From: a virus
Lineage: Duplodnaviria > Caudoviricetes
DNA: 64,000 nucleotides
Virus record (IMG/VR): IMGVR_UViG_2788500332_000006
Location: 32,979-96,978 of that record
Reading direction: 5' to 3' (one strand)
The notes under the pieces: generated by a model
Told to the model about the DNA's origin: nothing
What the model saw: only the letters and a program-made list of their open reading frames with translations
Database searches by the model: none
Program-made: the position numbers and the translations under genes
Part shown: one piece after another, positions 35,474 to 42,919 of the stretch
Layout of the letters: the number at the start of each line of letters is the position of its first letter
Position numbering within the stretch: position 1 is the stretch's first letter

Positions 35474-35702
35474 TCTCCCTCCTCCTCCGGAAAGTCGAGC
35501 GCCGGATTTCGACAGCGACGATCTGGATGGAGCCCTGTTCCGCTTCTGGATCCGCGGCGCCAGCGACTACCCTTACGAAGTAGCGAAAGCCCTCGCGAAG
35601 GCGACAACCCCAGCCGAGTACCGCAGGGCACTCATCGCTTTGGCTGCCGAGAAACGCGTCAACCTGCCGCTGTTGCGCGAGGAGAAGGAGCCCCAGAAAT
35701 GA
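35460..35702 (+). CDS. Hypothetical protein
   Basis: Overlapping coupled ORF. Confidence 0.5.
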   Translation: MALRDLPPPPESRAPDFDSDDLDGALFRFWIRGASDYPYEVAKALAKATTPAEYRRALIALAAEKRVNLPLLREEKEPQK

Positions 35703-35968
35703 CCCGTGAAGAAATCAAACAGGCCGTCCGCGCGGACATTCTCGCGCGCAAGGAGCCGTTTACATTTGCCGACGTTGTTGATGACGCCGAGGACAAATAT
35801 GGCCGGGGAGTGCCTCCTCCAATGGGACGGTGGCCTTTACGTGCCAGCGGATCGACTGAGCGGATCGTCGACGCGCAACTCCAGTTTCTCCGCAAACAAG
35901 GGCTCATCAAGACCGAGAGGCGCGGCCGTTTGCAGTTCTGGTCGGCGGTGCAGGAACTATTGCCATGA
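35699..35968 (+). CDS. Hypothetical protein (possible winged helix)
   Basis: IVDAQLQFLRKQGLIKTE..W. Confidence 0.6.
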   Translation: MTREEIKQAVRADILARKEPFTFADVVDDAEDKYGRGVPPPMGRWPLRASGSTERIVDAQLQFLRKQGLIKTERRGRLQFWSAVQELLP

Positions 35969-36555
35969 CCATCCCCGACGACATCATGAAGGCGGCCAAA
36001 GCTGCACCTCGCCAAGGGACAACCACCGAAATCATCGCTCGCGCCATCCAGGCCGAGCGCGAGCGTTGCAAGGACATCGCAAACAATGTCCGGCGTCAGT
36101 GCGTCCCTGACGGTGCCGGCGACGCGGCCGCTCGGACCATCGCCTCTCGCATCAGAAGCGGTGACCAGCCTAACATCGCTGTAACGTCGGAAGTGCTGGA
36201 TGAGATCGAGGCAATGGCGAATGCCGGGGTGCCGTGGAACGACATGGCTGGATGGCCCTACAAATTGCTCACCCTTGTCGCCCGCGTTCGCACGCTGGAG
36301 GCGGAGAACGCCGAAACGAATACCGGACTCGAAGCCTTGCAGCGCGTTGCGGCGGCTGCGGCCTCGGCCCGCCTAAAGGCGCTGAAGGAAGTGTCGAAGT
36401 GGCATGACCAGCAAGCGGCGGCCGCAAAGGCAAGGCGGGCGACGATGGAGGGTCTAGAGCGCGATCTCGAACTTCTGGACCAAAAAATCCACGAGCGGTC
36501 TGCCGAGCATGTCAGGTTCCTTGCCAACATCGGGGCGGACACGGAGCGGAAATAA
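35965..36555 (+). CDS. Mosaic phage hypothetical protein
   Basis: IPDDIMKAA..IARAIQAERERC module. Confidence 0.65.
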   Translation: MTIPDDIMKAAKAAPRQGTTTEIIARAIQAERERCKDIANNVRRQCVPDGAGDAAARTIASRIRSGDQPNIAVTSEVLDEIEAMANAGVPWNDMAGWPYKLLTLVARVRTLEAENAETNTGLEALQRVAAAAASARLKALKEVSKWHDQQAAAAKARRATMEGLERDLELLDQKIHERSAEHVRFLANIGADTERK

Positions 36556-36689
36556 TGAGCAAGTTCATCGATTTTTTGAGGAGGCTTTTTTGCCAACACG
36601 ATTGGAAGCGTTCGCCATTCCGGCGTTTAGGCAGTAGAGCCCCATCTTATAAGTGCTCGAAATGCGGATCATGGAGGCATCCCGAATGA
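36555..36689 (+). CDS. 44-aa Zn-finger-like protein (below the ORF-track cutoff)
   Basis: MSKFIDFLRRLFCQHDW..YKCSKCGSWRHPE; TAATG and ATGA coupling on both sides. Confidence 0.7.
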   Translation: MSKFIDFLRRLFCQHDWKRSPFRRLGSRAPSYKCSKCGSWRHPE

Positions 36690-38086
36690 TCACCCTTCCC
36701 AAGGCCGCGATCGAGGCGGCGGCAAGCGCCCTCCAGAATATCGAAGTCCGAGACACGGACACCTTTCACAGAGAGGCGGCCGAAGCGGCCGTCCTCGCCG
36801 CCCTGCCGCATCTCGGCGTGCCTGCAGAGTGGCAGCGCTACGCCGAGAGCATGGGGTGGTGGCAGTTCGTAGCTCCCGAGGACATGGCGCATTACCGCAA
36901 GAAGGACGCGACTATGCGGCCCCTCTATCTCGCGCCGCCCTTGGGCGAGCCGGTGGCCGTCCGCTACGGTTGGGACGGCCATGGGTACAGCTACGCAGAC
37001 GATGCCTCTGGGAGTGACTGGCTGAGGAGATACCCGGATGCCGAACAGCTCTACCTCGCGCCGCCGGCGCCGGCGCCGGCCGCCGCGCCGCATCTTGGGG
37101 AGCCGATAGCCTGGGCCGACACGTATGGACTTGGCGAGCTTCTCAGCCAGAATCCCCGTGACAATCGTCCGCGTAGCGTCGATTTGTGGCGACAGGACGC
37201 GGGCAAGAATGTGGTCCCCCTCTATCGTTCGCCGCCTACGCCGGCGCCGGCGCGCATCGTCCGCCACAAGAAGCGCGGCGACACCTACGAGGTCGTCGGC
37301 CCTGCAGAAGGCCAGATTTCGTTTTCCTACGACCAATTCGGGGTGCGCACTCCGGCCGATCGGCGCATGGTCTTTGAGGGCGATAAGCTGACCATCTACC
37401 GCGCCGCGGAAGACGGCAAGCTCTGGTGGCGCTTCCCCGACGAATTCGAGGATGGCCGGTTCGAAGACATCAAGCCTTTCGATCCCGCGACGTCGCCCGG
37501 CCATACCGATATGATGGTGGATGCGGAAACGCTCGACGCTTTCCTGGAAGCCAATCCGCTGCCCGACGAAGCCCCGAAAATCAGCCTGCGGGATGCCGGC
37601 TGGAACTTGCTTCACGCCCATGATCGCGACCTCCAGGCAGTCGGCTATCGCGCCGATCTTTGGGCTTGCCTCCGGGCGATCCTTGAAGGCGAGGAGGGCG
37701 CAGGCCCGTCACCGGCCGGCGCCGCCGGAAGGCTAGCGAAGGTCCTGGATGAAGCCATCACCAAGGTCGAAAACGACCGCACCCTTTCGGTACCGGAGTG
37801 GCAGACCTGGATGGTCGACGCCTGCGCGGCCTTGGAGGCTTACAAGGCGGGATTGACGCCGCGGCCGGCCCCGGTCCCGGATCCGGTCAAGGAGCAAATG
37901 GCCGAGGCGCTGAGACCGTTTGCCAAATTTGCGGGGGAGCTGAGCATCCCGAAGCATAGGTTTTTCTTGCAATTGCTTGTGTGTCCGGAAGGCGATGATC
38001 ACCCCGAGAACTATGGGCCTCACTTCCAGCGCGCCCGCGCTGCGCTCGCCGCCTACGAGAAGGAAAGCAGCAATGCGCCTGCGTAG
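36686..38086 (+). CDS. Mosaic early phage protein (repeated GEP(V/I)A..LY..PP modules, DUF1653-like segment)
   Basis: Three LYxxPP units; RHKKRGDTYEVVG..IYR..DGKLWWRFPDEFEDGRF. Confidence 0.7.
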   Translation: MITLPKAAIEAAASALQNIEVRDTDTFHREAAEAAVLAALPHLGVPAEWQRYAESMGWWQFVAPEDMAHYRKKDATMRPLYLAPPLGEPVAVRYGWDGHGYSYADDASGSDWLRRYPDAEQLYLAPPAPAPAAAPHLGEPIAWADTYGLGELLSQNPRDNRPRSVDLWRQDAGKNVVPLYRSPPTPAPARIVRHKKRGDTYEVVGPAEGQISFSYDQFGVRTPADRRMVFEGDKLTIYRAAEDGKLWWRFPDEFEDGRFEDIKPFDPATSPGHTDMMVDAETLDAFLEANPLPDEAPKISLRDAGWNLLHAHDRDLQAVGYRADLWACLRAILEGEEGAGPSPAGAAGRLAKVLDEAITKVENDRTLSVPEWQTWMVDACAALEAYKAGLTPRPAPVPDPVKEQMAEALRPFAKFAGELSIPKHRFFLQLLVCPEGDDHPENYGPHFQRARAALAAYEKESSNAPA

Positions 38087-38513
38087 CCTTGCTCTCGCCA
38101 TCCTGCTCGCGACACCGGCCGACGCCGGCATCCAGTCGCCGGAGCCGGTCCACGGCCCTATCCGCGTCATCGACGGCGATACGGTGCGCTTCGCCTCGGG
38201 CGAGATCGTCCGGATCTACAACATCGACGCGCCGGAGACCCGTCGGTCGCGCTGCCCGGCAGAAAAGCGCTTGGGGGAAACCGCAACAGCCTTCCTCAAG
38301 GCGCTCCTGAAGAACGGGAGCGTGGAAATCTCACGTTGCGAGCCCGCCACCGGCAGGTGCCAGGACCGCTATCGCCGGACACTGGCCTCACTGTCGACGG
38401 CCCAGCATGGGGACGTCGGCGAAGCGCTTATCGCCTCCGGGCTCGCGCTGCCCTGGCAGGCGGGCAAGGCGGCCCACGACGCCCGGGCGCACCACTGGTG
38501 CGCGACAAAATGA
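38073..38513 (+). CDS. Secreted thermonuclease (SNase family)
   Basis: Signal peptide; VIDGDTV, IDAPET, DRYRRTLA. Confidence 0.88.
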   Translation: MRLRSLALAILLATPADAGIQSPEPVHGPIRVIDGDTVRFASGEIVRIYNIDAPETRRSRCPAEKRLGETATAFLKALLKNGSVEISRCEPATGRCQDRYRRTLASLSTAQHGDVGEALIASGLALPWQAGKAAHDARAHHWCATK

Positions 38514-38625
38514 CGAAAGGAGGGTGAAGGCTCCACCGAGCAATCTCCCGACACGACCTGAGCCAGTCGGTTTTCTGGCGGCCGCAAGGCCACACCCCGC
38601 GATTATGCGACTCATGGAGACCTAG

Positions 38626-39021
38626 ATGAACGCCGCGATCGGGCCGAACACCCCGTTACGCCTCAAAGATGCGCTGGAGGTCGCCTTCCCAGCCGGCGGC
38701 ATGACGCTGAGCGGCCTCCGCCGAGAAATCAAGAAGGGGCGGCTGAACTGTGAGATGATCGCCGGGAAGGCTTTTGTGACCCTTCAGGACATAGAGGAGA
38801 TGCGAGAGAAATGCCGCGTCCACGCAAAGGAGCTCGCCTCTGGCTCAGGCCGGAGCGGAAGTTCCGGAACGGAACAGTCGCTAAACCCGTCTGGCTCATC
38901 CGAGACGGACAACATGAGGAGTCCACAGGATGCGCTGCGGACGAAGTTGGAAAAGCTGAGCGGAAACTCAAGGAGTACATCGACTCGAAATACTCCCCGT
39001 CTCGTAAAGAGCGCGACATAG
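38626..39021 (+). CDS. Excisionase-like protein
   Basis: PLRLKDALEVAFPAGGMTLSGLRREIKKGRL..IEEMREKCR; overlaps the int 5' end. Confidence 0.75.
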   Translation: MNAAIGPNTPLRLKDALEVAFPAGGMTLSGLRREIKKGRLNCEMIAGKAFVTLQDIEEMREKCRVHAKELASGSGRSGSSGTEQSLNPSGSSETDNMRSPQDALRTKLEKLSGNSRSTSTRNTPRLVKSAT

Positions 39022-40169
39022 AGAAGATTCCCGTCGCCGATGTTCTATCCATTTACGTAGACTTCGCCGTGCCATCAGAGGAAGAAGACCCGCCAGGGTT
39101 CAAAAAATTCATGGGCCGGATCAAACGCCTCAATGAACACTTTGGGGAGCTGATGCTGTCGGAGATCAATGGCGAGTCTTGCCGCGGCTATGCGACGAAG
39201 CGCCGCCTGGCGGCTTTGTCGGCGCGGCGGAAAAAGCGTAAACCTGGACAGGCAATCGAAGACGACCAGTTGCCCGCCCCAGAAGAGGCTGAAGAGGCGC
39301 CTGCTGGCGGTCGCAAAAAAAAGAAACTGAAGCTTCGCCCACGTACCGGGGGAGCGCGGCGAGACCTCGAGGATCTGCGTGCGGCCATCAACCACCATCA
39401 GGAGGAAGGGCTGCACCGGGGCATCGTGAAGGTGGTCCTGCCGCCGAAGGGACTCCCTCGGACGAGATGGCTGACTCGAGACGAGGCGGCCAAACTCCTA
39501 TGGACCTGCTGGCGGACCAGAGAGGCGCAGAAGCGGAACCACAAGGGAAAGCCTGGGCCCGCTGTGGCGACCAAGAAATACCCGCTGCGCCACCTCGCGC
39601 GGTTCATCCTGATCGGCCTCTACATGGGGAACCGTGCCGGTGCGATTGCCGCCGCCGCCATGGAGCCCGGACTGGGCCAGTCGTTCGTCGATCTGGAGTA
39701 TGGGCTCTACTACCGGCTCGCCGGCGGCAAGAGAGAGACCAACAAGCGCCAGCCGACGGCGCCGATCCCCGACCGGTTGCTGGCGCACATGAGGCGCTGG
39801 GCTGAGATGGCGAAGAAATCAGGCGCTACGCATTTCGTGGAGTTCAACGGTAAACCAGTTGCCTCGGTGAAGACCGCTTTCGCCACCGCCGCCAAGAAGG
39901 CTGGACTCGGGAACGACGTCACGCCTCACACGCTGCGCCACACCGCCACAACCTGGCTTTTGCAGGCAGGAGTTTCGATTTGGGAGACCGCTGGCTACGT
40001 CGGCATGTCGCCGGAAATGGTGGAAAAGGTCTACGGGCACCATTGCCCAGACCATCTTCGCGAGGCGGCCAACTCGCCCCGCAAGCCCAAAAAGAGAACC
40101 AATCAGGTCCACGAAAAAGTGGTAGTTTCAATGGAGCAGGAAAGAAGAAAACGGATGTCCGCCTCGTAA
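38811..40169 (+). CDS. int: Tyrosine recombinase/integrase
   Basis: YMGNRAGAI (R), HTLRHT (HxxR), VYGH (Y); adjacent to a tRNA 3' end. Confidence 0.93.
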   Translation: MPRPRKGARLWLRPERKFRNGTVAKPVWLIRDGQHEESTGCAADEVGKAERKLKEYIDSKYSPSRKERDIEKIPVADVLSIYVDFAVPSEEEDPPGFKKFMGRIKRLNEHFGELMLSEINGESCRGYATKRRLAALSARRKKRKPGQAIEDDQLPAPEEAEEAPAGGRKKKKLKLRPRTGGARRDLEDLRAAINHHQEEGLHRGIVKVVLPPKGLPRTRWLTRDEAAKLLWTCWRTREAQKRNHKGKPGPAVATKKYPLRHLARFILIGLYMGNRAGAIAAAAMEPGLGQSFVDLEYGLYYRLAGGKRETNKRQPTAPIPDRLLAHMRRWAEMAKKSGATHFVEFNGKPVASVKTAFATAAKKAGLGNDVTPHTLRHTATTWLLQAGVSIWETAGYVGMSPEMVEKVYGHHCPDHLREAANSPRKPKKRTNQVHEKVVVSMEQERRKRMSAS

Positions 40170-40183
40170 GGCATTGATAGAAT

Positions 40184-40259
40184 TGGTGGGCCCGCCTGGA
40201 CTCGAACCAGGAACCAGACCGTTATGAGCGGCCGGCTCTAACCATTGAGCTACAGGCCC
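40184..40259 (-). tRNA. tRNA-Ile2 (CAU, lysidine-modified)
   Basis: 76-nt cloverleaf GGGCCTGTAGCTCAATGGTTAGAGCCGGCCGCTCATAACGGTCTGGTTCCTGGTTCGAGTCCAGGCGGGCCCACCA; G1-C72 pair (not fMet); C4-G69 and C5-G68 as in Ile2. Confidence 0.9.
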
Positions 40260-40324
40260 TTCCGGAACCGGCCGCAGACCGGCACCTTGCGGCCGCTCGG
40301 CTCCGCCCCGTTCCAGGGCGCCTG

Positions 40325-40353
40325 TTTCTGCCATCCCCGACAGATGGAATCAA
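40325..40353 (-). promoter_or_regulatory. Probable tRNA promoter TTGATT-17-CAGAAA
   Basis: CTTGA -35 with correct spacing upstream of the tRNA. Confidence 0.45.
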
Positions 40354-40359
40354 GGCGCT

Positions 40360-40713
40360 TCATCGGCTGGAGGGTGGAGGCGGTGCGGCCGTGGACAGTC
40401 CGGCCTTCACATCGTCATAGAAGGCGGCGCAATCGGCCGTCCTGCGGTCCACGCCGTCGGCGACGATCTGCCACCGCCCCTGCACGGCACGCCACTTCTC
40501 GCCGGCCTTGGGCGTGACGCGTGGCATGTTGTCGCGGCAGCGGGCCGGCAGGGCCGGCAGGCTCACCCCGGCGTTCTGGCGGCCGATCTCAGTTGACGCT
40601 GCCGCCAGGCGTTGGTCGAGACTTCCGCAGCCACTCAAGATCGTCAGCAGAGACGCGACAACCATCGTCGCCAGTGTCGGCGGCGACGGCCGCCTCGTAT
40701 TTTGCCCACGCAT
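40360..40713 (-). CDS. o-spanin (Rz1-like lipoprotein)
   Basis: Lipobox LSGC; Pro-rich; overlaps Rz in another frame. Confidence 0.75.
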   Translation of the reverse strand: MRGQNTRRPSPPTLATMVVASLLTILSGCGSLDQRLAAASTEIGRQNAGVSLPALPARCRDNMPRVTPKAGEKWRAVQGRWQIVADGVDRRTADCAAFYDDVKAGLSTAAPPPPSSR

Positions 40714-40987
40714 CGTCCGCTTCCTTATTCGCCGCTTCCGCACGCGCCCTATCACTGGCGGCCGCCGCCTCGGCAATCTTGAACTGGCGCTTCATCTCGT
40801 CCACCTGGCCTTGCAGCGCCGTCTTTTCGGACGCCACCACGAAGCCTTCGCGCGCCGCCTTGGCTACCGCCGGATCGTCGATCCAGCTATCGTAGAGGCT
40901 GAGTACCGCGAAGGTGACGGCGGCGCCGATGACGAGGCCGGCGATGGCGGCGGCCGTGGTGCCGATCTTGTCGAGCAGGCCGAACAT
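40589..40987 (-). CDS. i-spanin (Rz-like)
   Basis: N-terminal TM, coiled coil, C-terminal Cys. Confidence 0.75.
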   Translation of the reverse strand: MFGLLDKIGTTAAAIAGLVIGAAVTFAVLSLYDSWIDDPAVAKAAREGFVVASEKTALQGQVDEMKRQFKIAEAAAASDRARAEAANKEADDAWAKYEAAVAADTGDDGCRVSADDLEWLRKSRPTPGGSVN

Positions 40988-41577
40988 CACGGCACCCCCG
41001 AGGCGCAAAGTTCGCCCTCGCCGATGCGCGCGGCGTCGCCCATGCCGCGCCGCCGGGCGAGACCGACCACCATGCGGCCGCCGGCCCGATTGAAGGCGGT
41101 GGCGGCCACGCAGCTCTCCAGCCAGCGGCCGGCCCGGCCGAGCCGCGCCGCCGTCGAGCCACAGGCGGCGCCGGCGCCGATGTTCCAGGCGAGCGAAGTC
41201 ATCATGGCGCGCCAGGACAGGGGCGCCTTGCTCCAGTTCGGGATGCAGACGACGAGCTTGCCGCGGTAGTCACCCACGATTTTTGTGGCGAGGCGCTTGT
41301 CGCAGCCGGCGGGCGTCTCGGCCATGCCCGGCTTCACGTTGGTCGTGTCGCCGTCGCAAATCGTCCAGACCGGCGGCCTGGCGATGGTGTCGAGATAGGC
41401 TTTGAGAGACCGCCCCTCCCAGGGCTTCACCAGCACCTCCACCGCCAGCGCCACGTCGTCCGGCACCGGCTTTGCGCCGGGCATCAACGCCACCGTGCCG
41501 CCGGCGCCGGCCGCCAGCACCACGGCGGCAATCGCCGCGCGGGCGCGCTTGCTGGGCGCGAGCTTAACGGTCGCCAT
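40987..41577 (-). CDS. GH24 lysozyme, probable SAR endolysin
   Basis: Ala/Gly-rich N-terminal helix; WEGRSLKAYLDT..WTICDGDT; SLAWNIG..CGST. Confidence 0.9.
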   Translation of the reverse strand: MATVKLAPSKRARAAIAAVVLAAGAGGTVALMPGAKPVPDDVALAVEVLVKPWEGRSLKAYLDTIARPPVWTICDGDTTNVKPGMAETPAGCDKRLATKIVGDYRGKLVVCIPNWSKAPLSWRAMMTSLAWNIGAGAACGSTAARLGRAGRWLESCVAATAFNRAGGRMVVGLARRRGMGDAARIGEGELCASGVP

Positions 41578-41797
41578 CGTGCAAGGCCTCCTGCACCAGA
41601 TAGCGGGCGACGAAGGCGGCGAACACCACGCCGAAGGCTACGAAGGGAAAGACGGCCGGCGCGATCAGCTCGGCGCCGGCAAGATAGGGCAGCGCCGCCT
41701 CGGCGGCGGTGGTGAGGCCGCCGGCGATCAGGATGTGGGACGTCCAGGAATGCCTGAGCACCCGGCGGGCGTTGGGCACGAGCTTCGGCCGCTTCAT
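41564..41797 (-). CDS. Putative holin
   Basis: 77 aa, two hydrophobic segments, LVPNARRVLRHSW..VARYLVQ; immediately upstream of the lysozyme. Confidence 0.7.
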   Translation of the reverse strand: MKRPKLVPNARRVLRHSWTSHILIAGGLTTAAEAALPYLAGAELIAPAVFPFVAFGVVFAAFVARYLVQEALHDGDR

Positions 41798-41870
41798 CGT
41801 TCTACTCCAGCGATTGAGCCTGGAGCTTAGGCGGGAAGGGTTTCCGGGCTGGCGCGGCTTCGGGACGGAG

Positions 41871-41893
41871 GCGCGAAGGCGCAGGACCTCGGG
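41871..41893 (+). repeat. REP-like palindrome copy GCGCGAAGGCGCAGGACCTCGGG
   Basis: Matches the copies at 58201-58231 (inverted) and 58286-58309/59365-59377. Confidence 0.75.
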
Positions 41894-41940
41894 CCGAAAA
41901 GGGCACAGGGCAGATATCGGCCGCCAGAATAAAAAGCCTC

Positions 41941-42342
41941 TCAGCCGATCCGCAGCCAGTGGCGCAACAGCGACACCGCCTGGTCGGAGAACCAGGCCAT
42001 GGTGGCGCCGAGACTGATGCCGCCGATCGCCAATACGCCGACGATGCGCAGGCCGGTGGTCTTCATGTCGCGCCATTCACCGACCGCCGGCAGGACAGTT
42101 TCGCTCTGGGTCTTGGCAAGGCCCTCGACCACCTGCCGGCTCAGCGTCAGCTCCGTCTTGAGGGCCGAGAGCTCCCGCGCCTGCTCGTCGAGCCGGCGAT
42201 GCATGGCGGCACGGTTGTCGCGGGCGGCGATCTTCTCGTCACCGAAGTCGCGCAGTAAATGCTCGACGCTGGCGCCGAGTTCGCCAAGCTTGACGAGAAT
42301 CTCGGTCGTGGGATCGGCGTCCTGGAAGAGCGGCTTGCTCAT
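41941..42342 (-). CDS. DUF1515-like coiled-coil protein with C-terminal TM (lysis region)
   Basis: LGELGASV..RAAMHRRLDE..PAVGEW..G..G. Confidence 0.65.
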   Translation of the reverse strand: MSKPLFQDADPTTEILVKLGELGASVEHLLRDFGDEKIAARDNRAAMHRRLDEQARELSALKTELTLSRQVVEGLAKTQSETVLPAVGEWRDMKTTGLRIVGVLAIGGISLGATMAWFSDQAVSLLRHWLRIG

Positions 42343-42917
42343 GTCCCGCCGATCGATGCTGCCGGCCAGCCGGCGGTGATGTCGATGGCGTCGAGAGCGG
42401 CGGCATCCTCGGCCGCCAGAGCCGCATCCTTCAGATCGCGCCGGTGCTGGACGATGGCGGCGTAGTACTGGCCCACCGAAGCCGCCAGCGCTAGGCCGAC
42501 GGCGGCCGTGGCGAGCGGGATGCGAACGTTCTCGATGGCGATCCAGCCGCGCGCATAGCTCTCTGGCCAGGAGACGGCACCGGCCGAGGCCGCCGTCGCG
42601 GTCGCCGCCATGGCGGTGAGATCGGCCCGGCTGCCGTCATCGAGGGCGACATGCAGGCCGGAGTCGACGGGGGCGCCGGCGGAGAGCAGCGCATCGGCAG
42701 CGGCCGTGATGACGGCGATCTTGGCGGCGCGGAGATCGTCGAGGGTGGCGTCAGGCTCGACCGGCAGCGCCCATTCCATCCCGTTGAAGGTCCAGCCGAT
42801 ACCGACGCCGACACCCTCAGGCCCAAGCAGAGCACCGAAGGCAATCGGATTGGCGTCGTCGGCAATGACAATCGAGTTGACCACGACGCCCGCATCAACG
42901 ATGTACGCTGTTTTCAT
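42339..42917 (-). CDS. Tail fibre assembly-like protein (DUF4376-like)
   Basis: VVNSIV..VGIGWTFNG; TLDDLRAAKIA; WIAIEN; LKDAALAAED..LDAI..W. Confidence 0.7.
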   Translation of the reverse strand: MKTAYIVDAGVVVNSIVIADDANPIAFGALLGPEGVGVGIGWTFNGMEWALPVEPDATLDDLRAAKIAVITAAADALLSAGAPVDSGLHVALDDGSRADLTAMAATATAASAGAVSWPESYARGWIAIENVRIPLATAAVGLALAASVGQYYAAIVQHRRDLKDAALAAEDAAALDAIDITAGWPAASIGGT

Positions 42918-42919
42918 GG

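Larger units (their letters stand above)
1..40183. mobile_element. Prophage A (non-structural arm; continues left of the window), integrated at the tRNA-Ile2 3' end
   Basis: Integrase stops 14 bp from the tRNA CCA end; xis, cI/cro switch, DnaB/primase, RecET, orphan MTases and dense small coupled ORFs. Second att copy not in the window. Confidence 0.9.

Noticed and set aside
1099-38620. CRISPR array or integron attC reading of the repeated motif
   Set aside because: Copies are dispersed and non-palindromic, with no regular spacers, cas genes or integron integrase.
40184-40259. tRNA-Met call from the CAT anticodon
   Set aside because: Paired G1-C72, no GGG/CCC anticodon stem, and C4-G69/C5-G68 fit Ile2 better.
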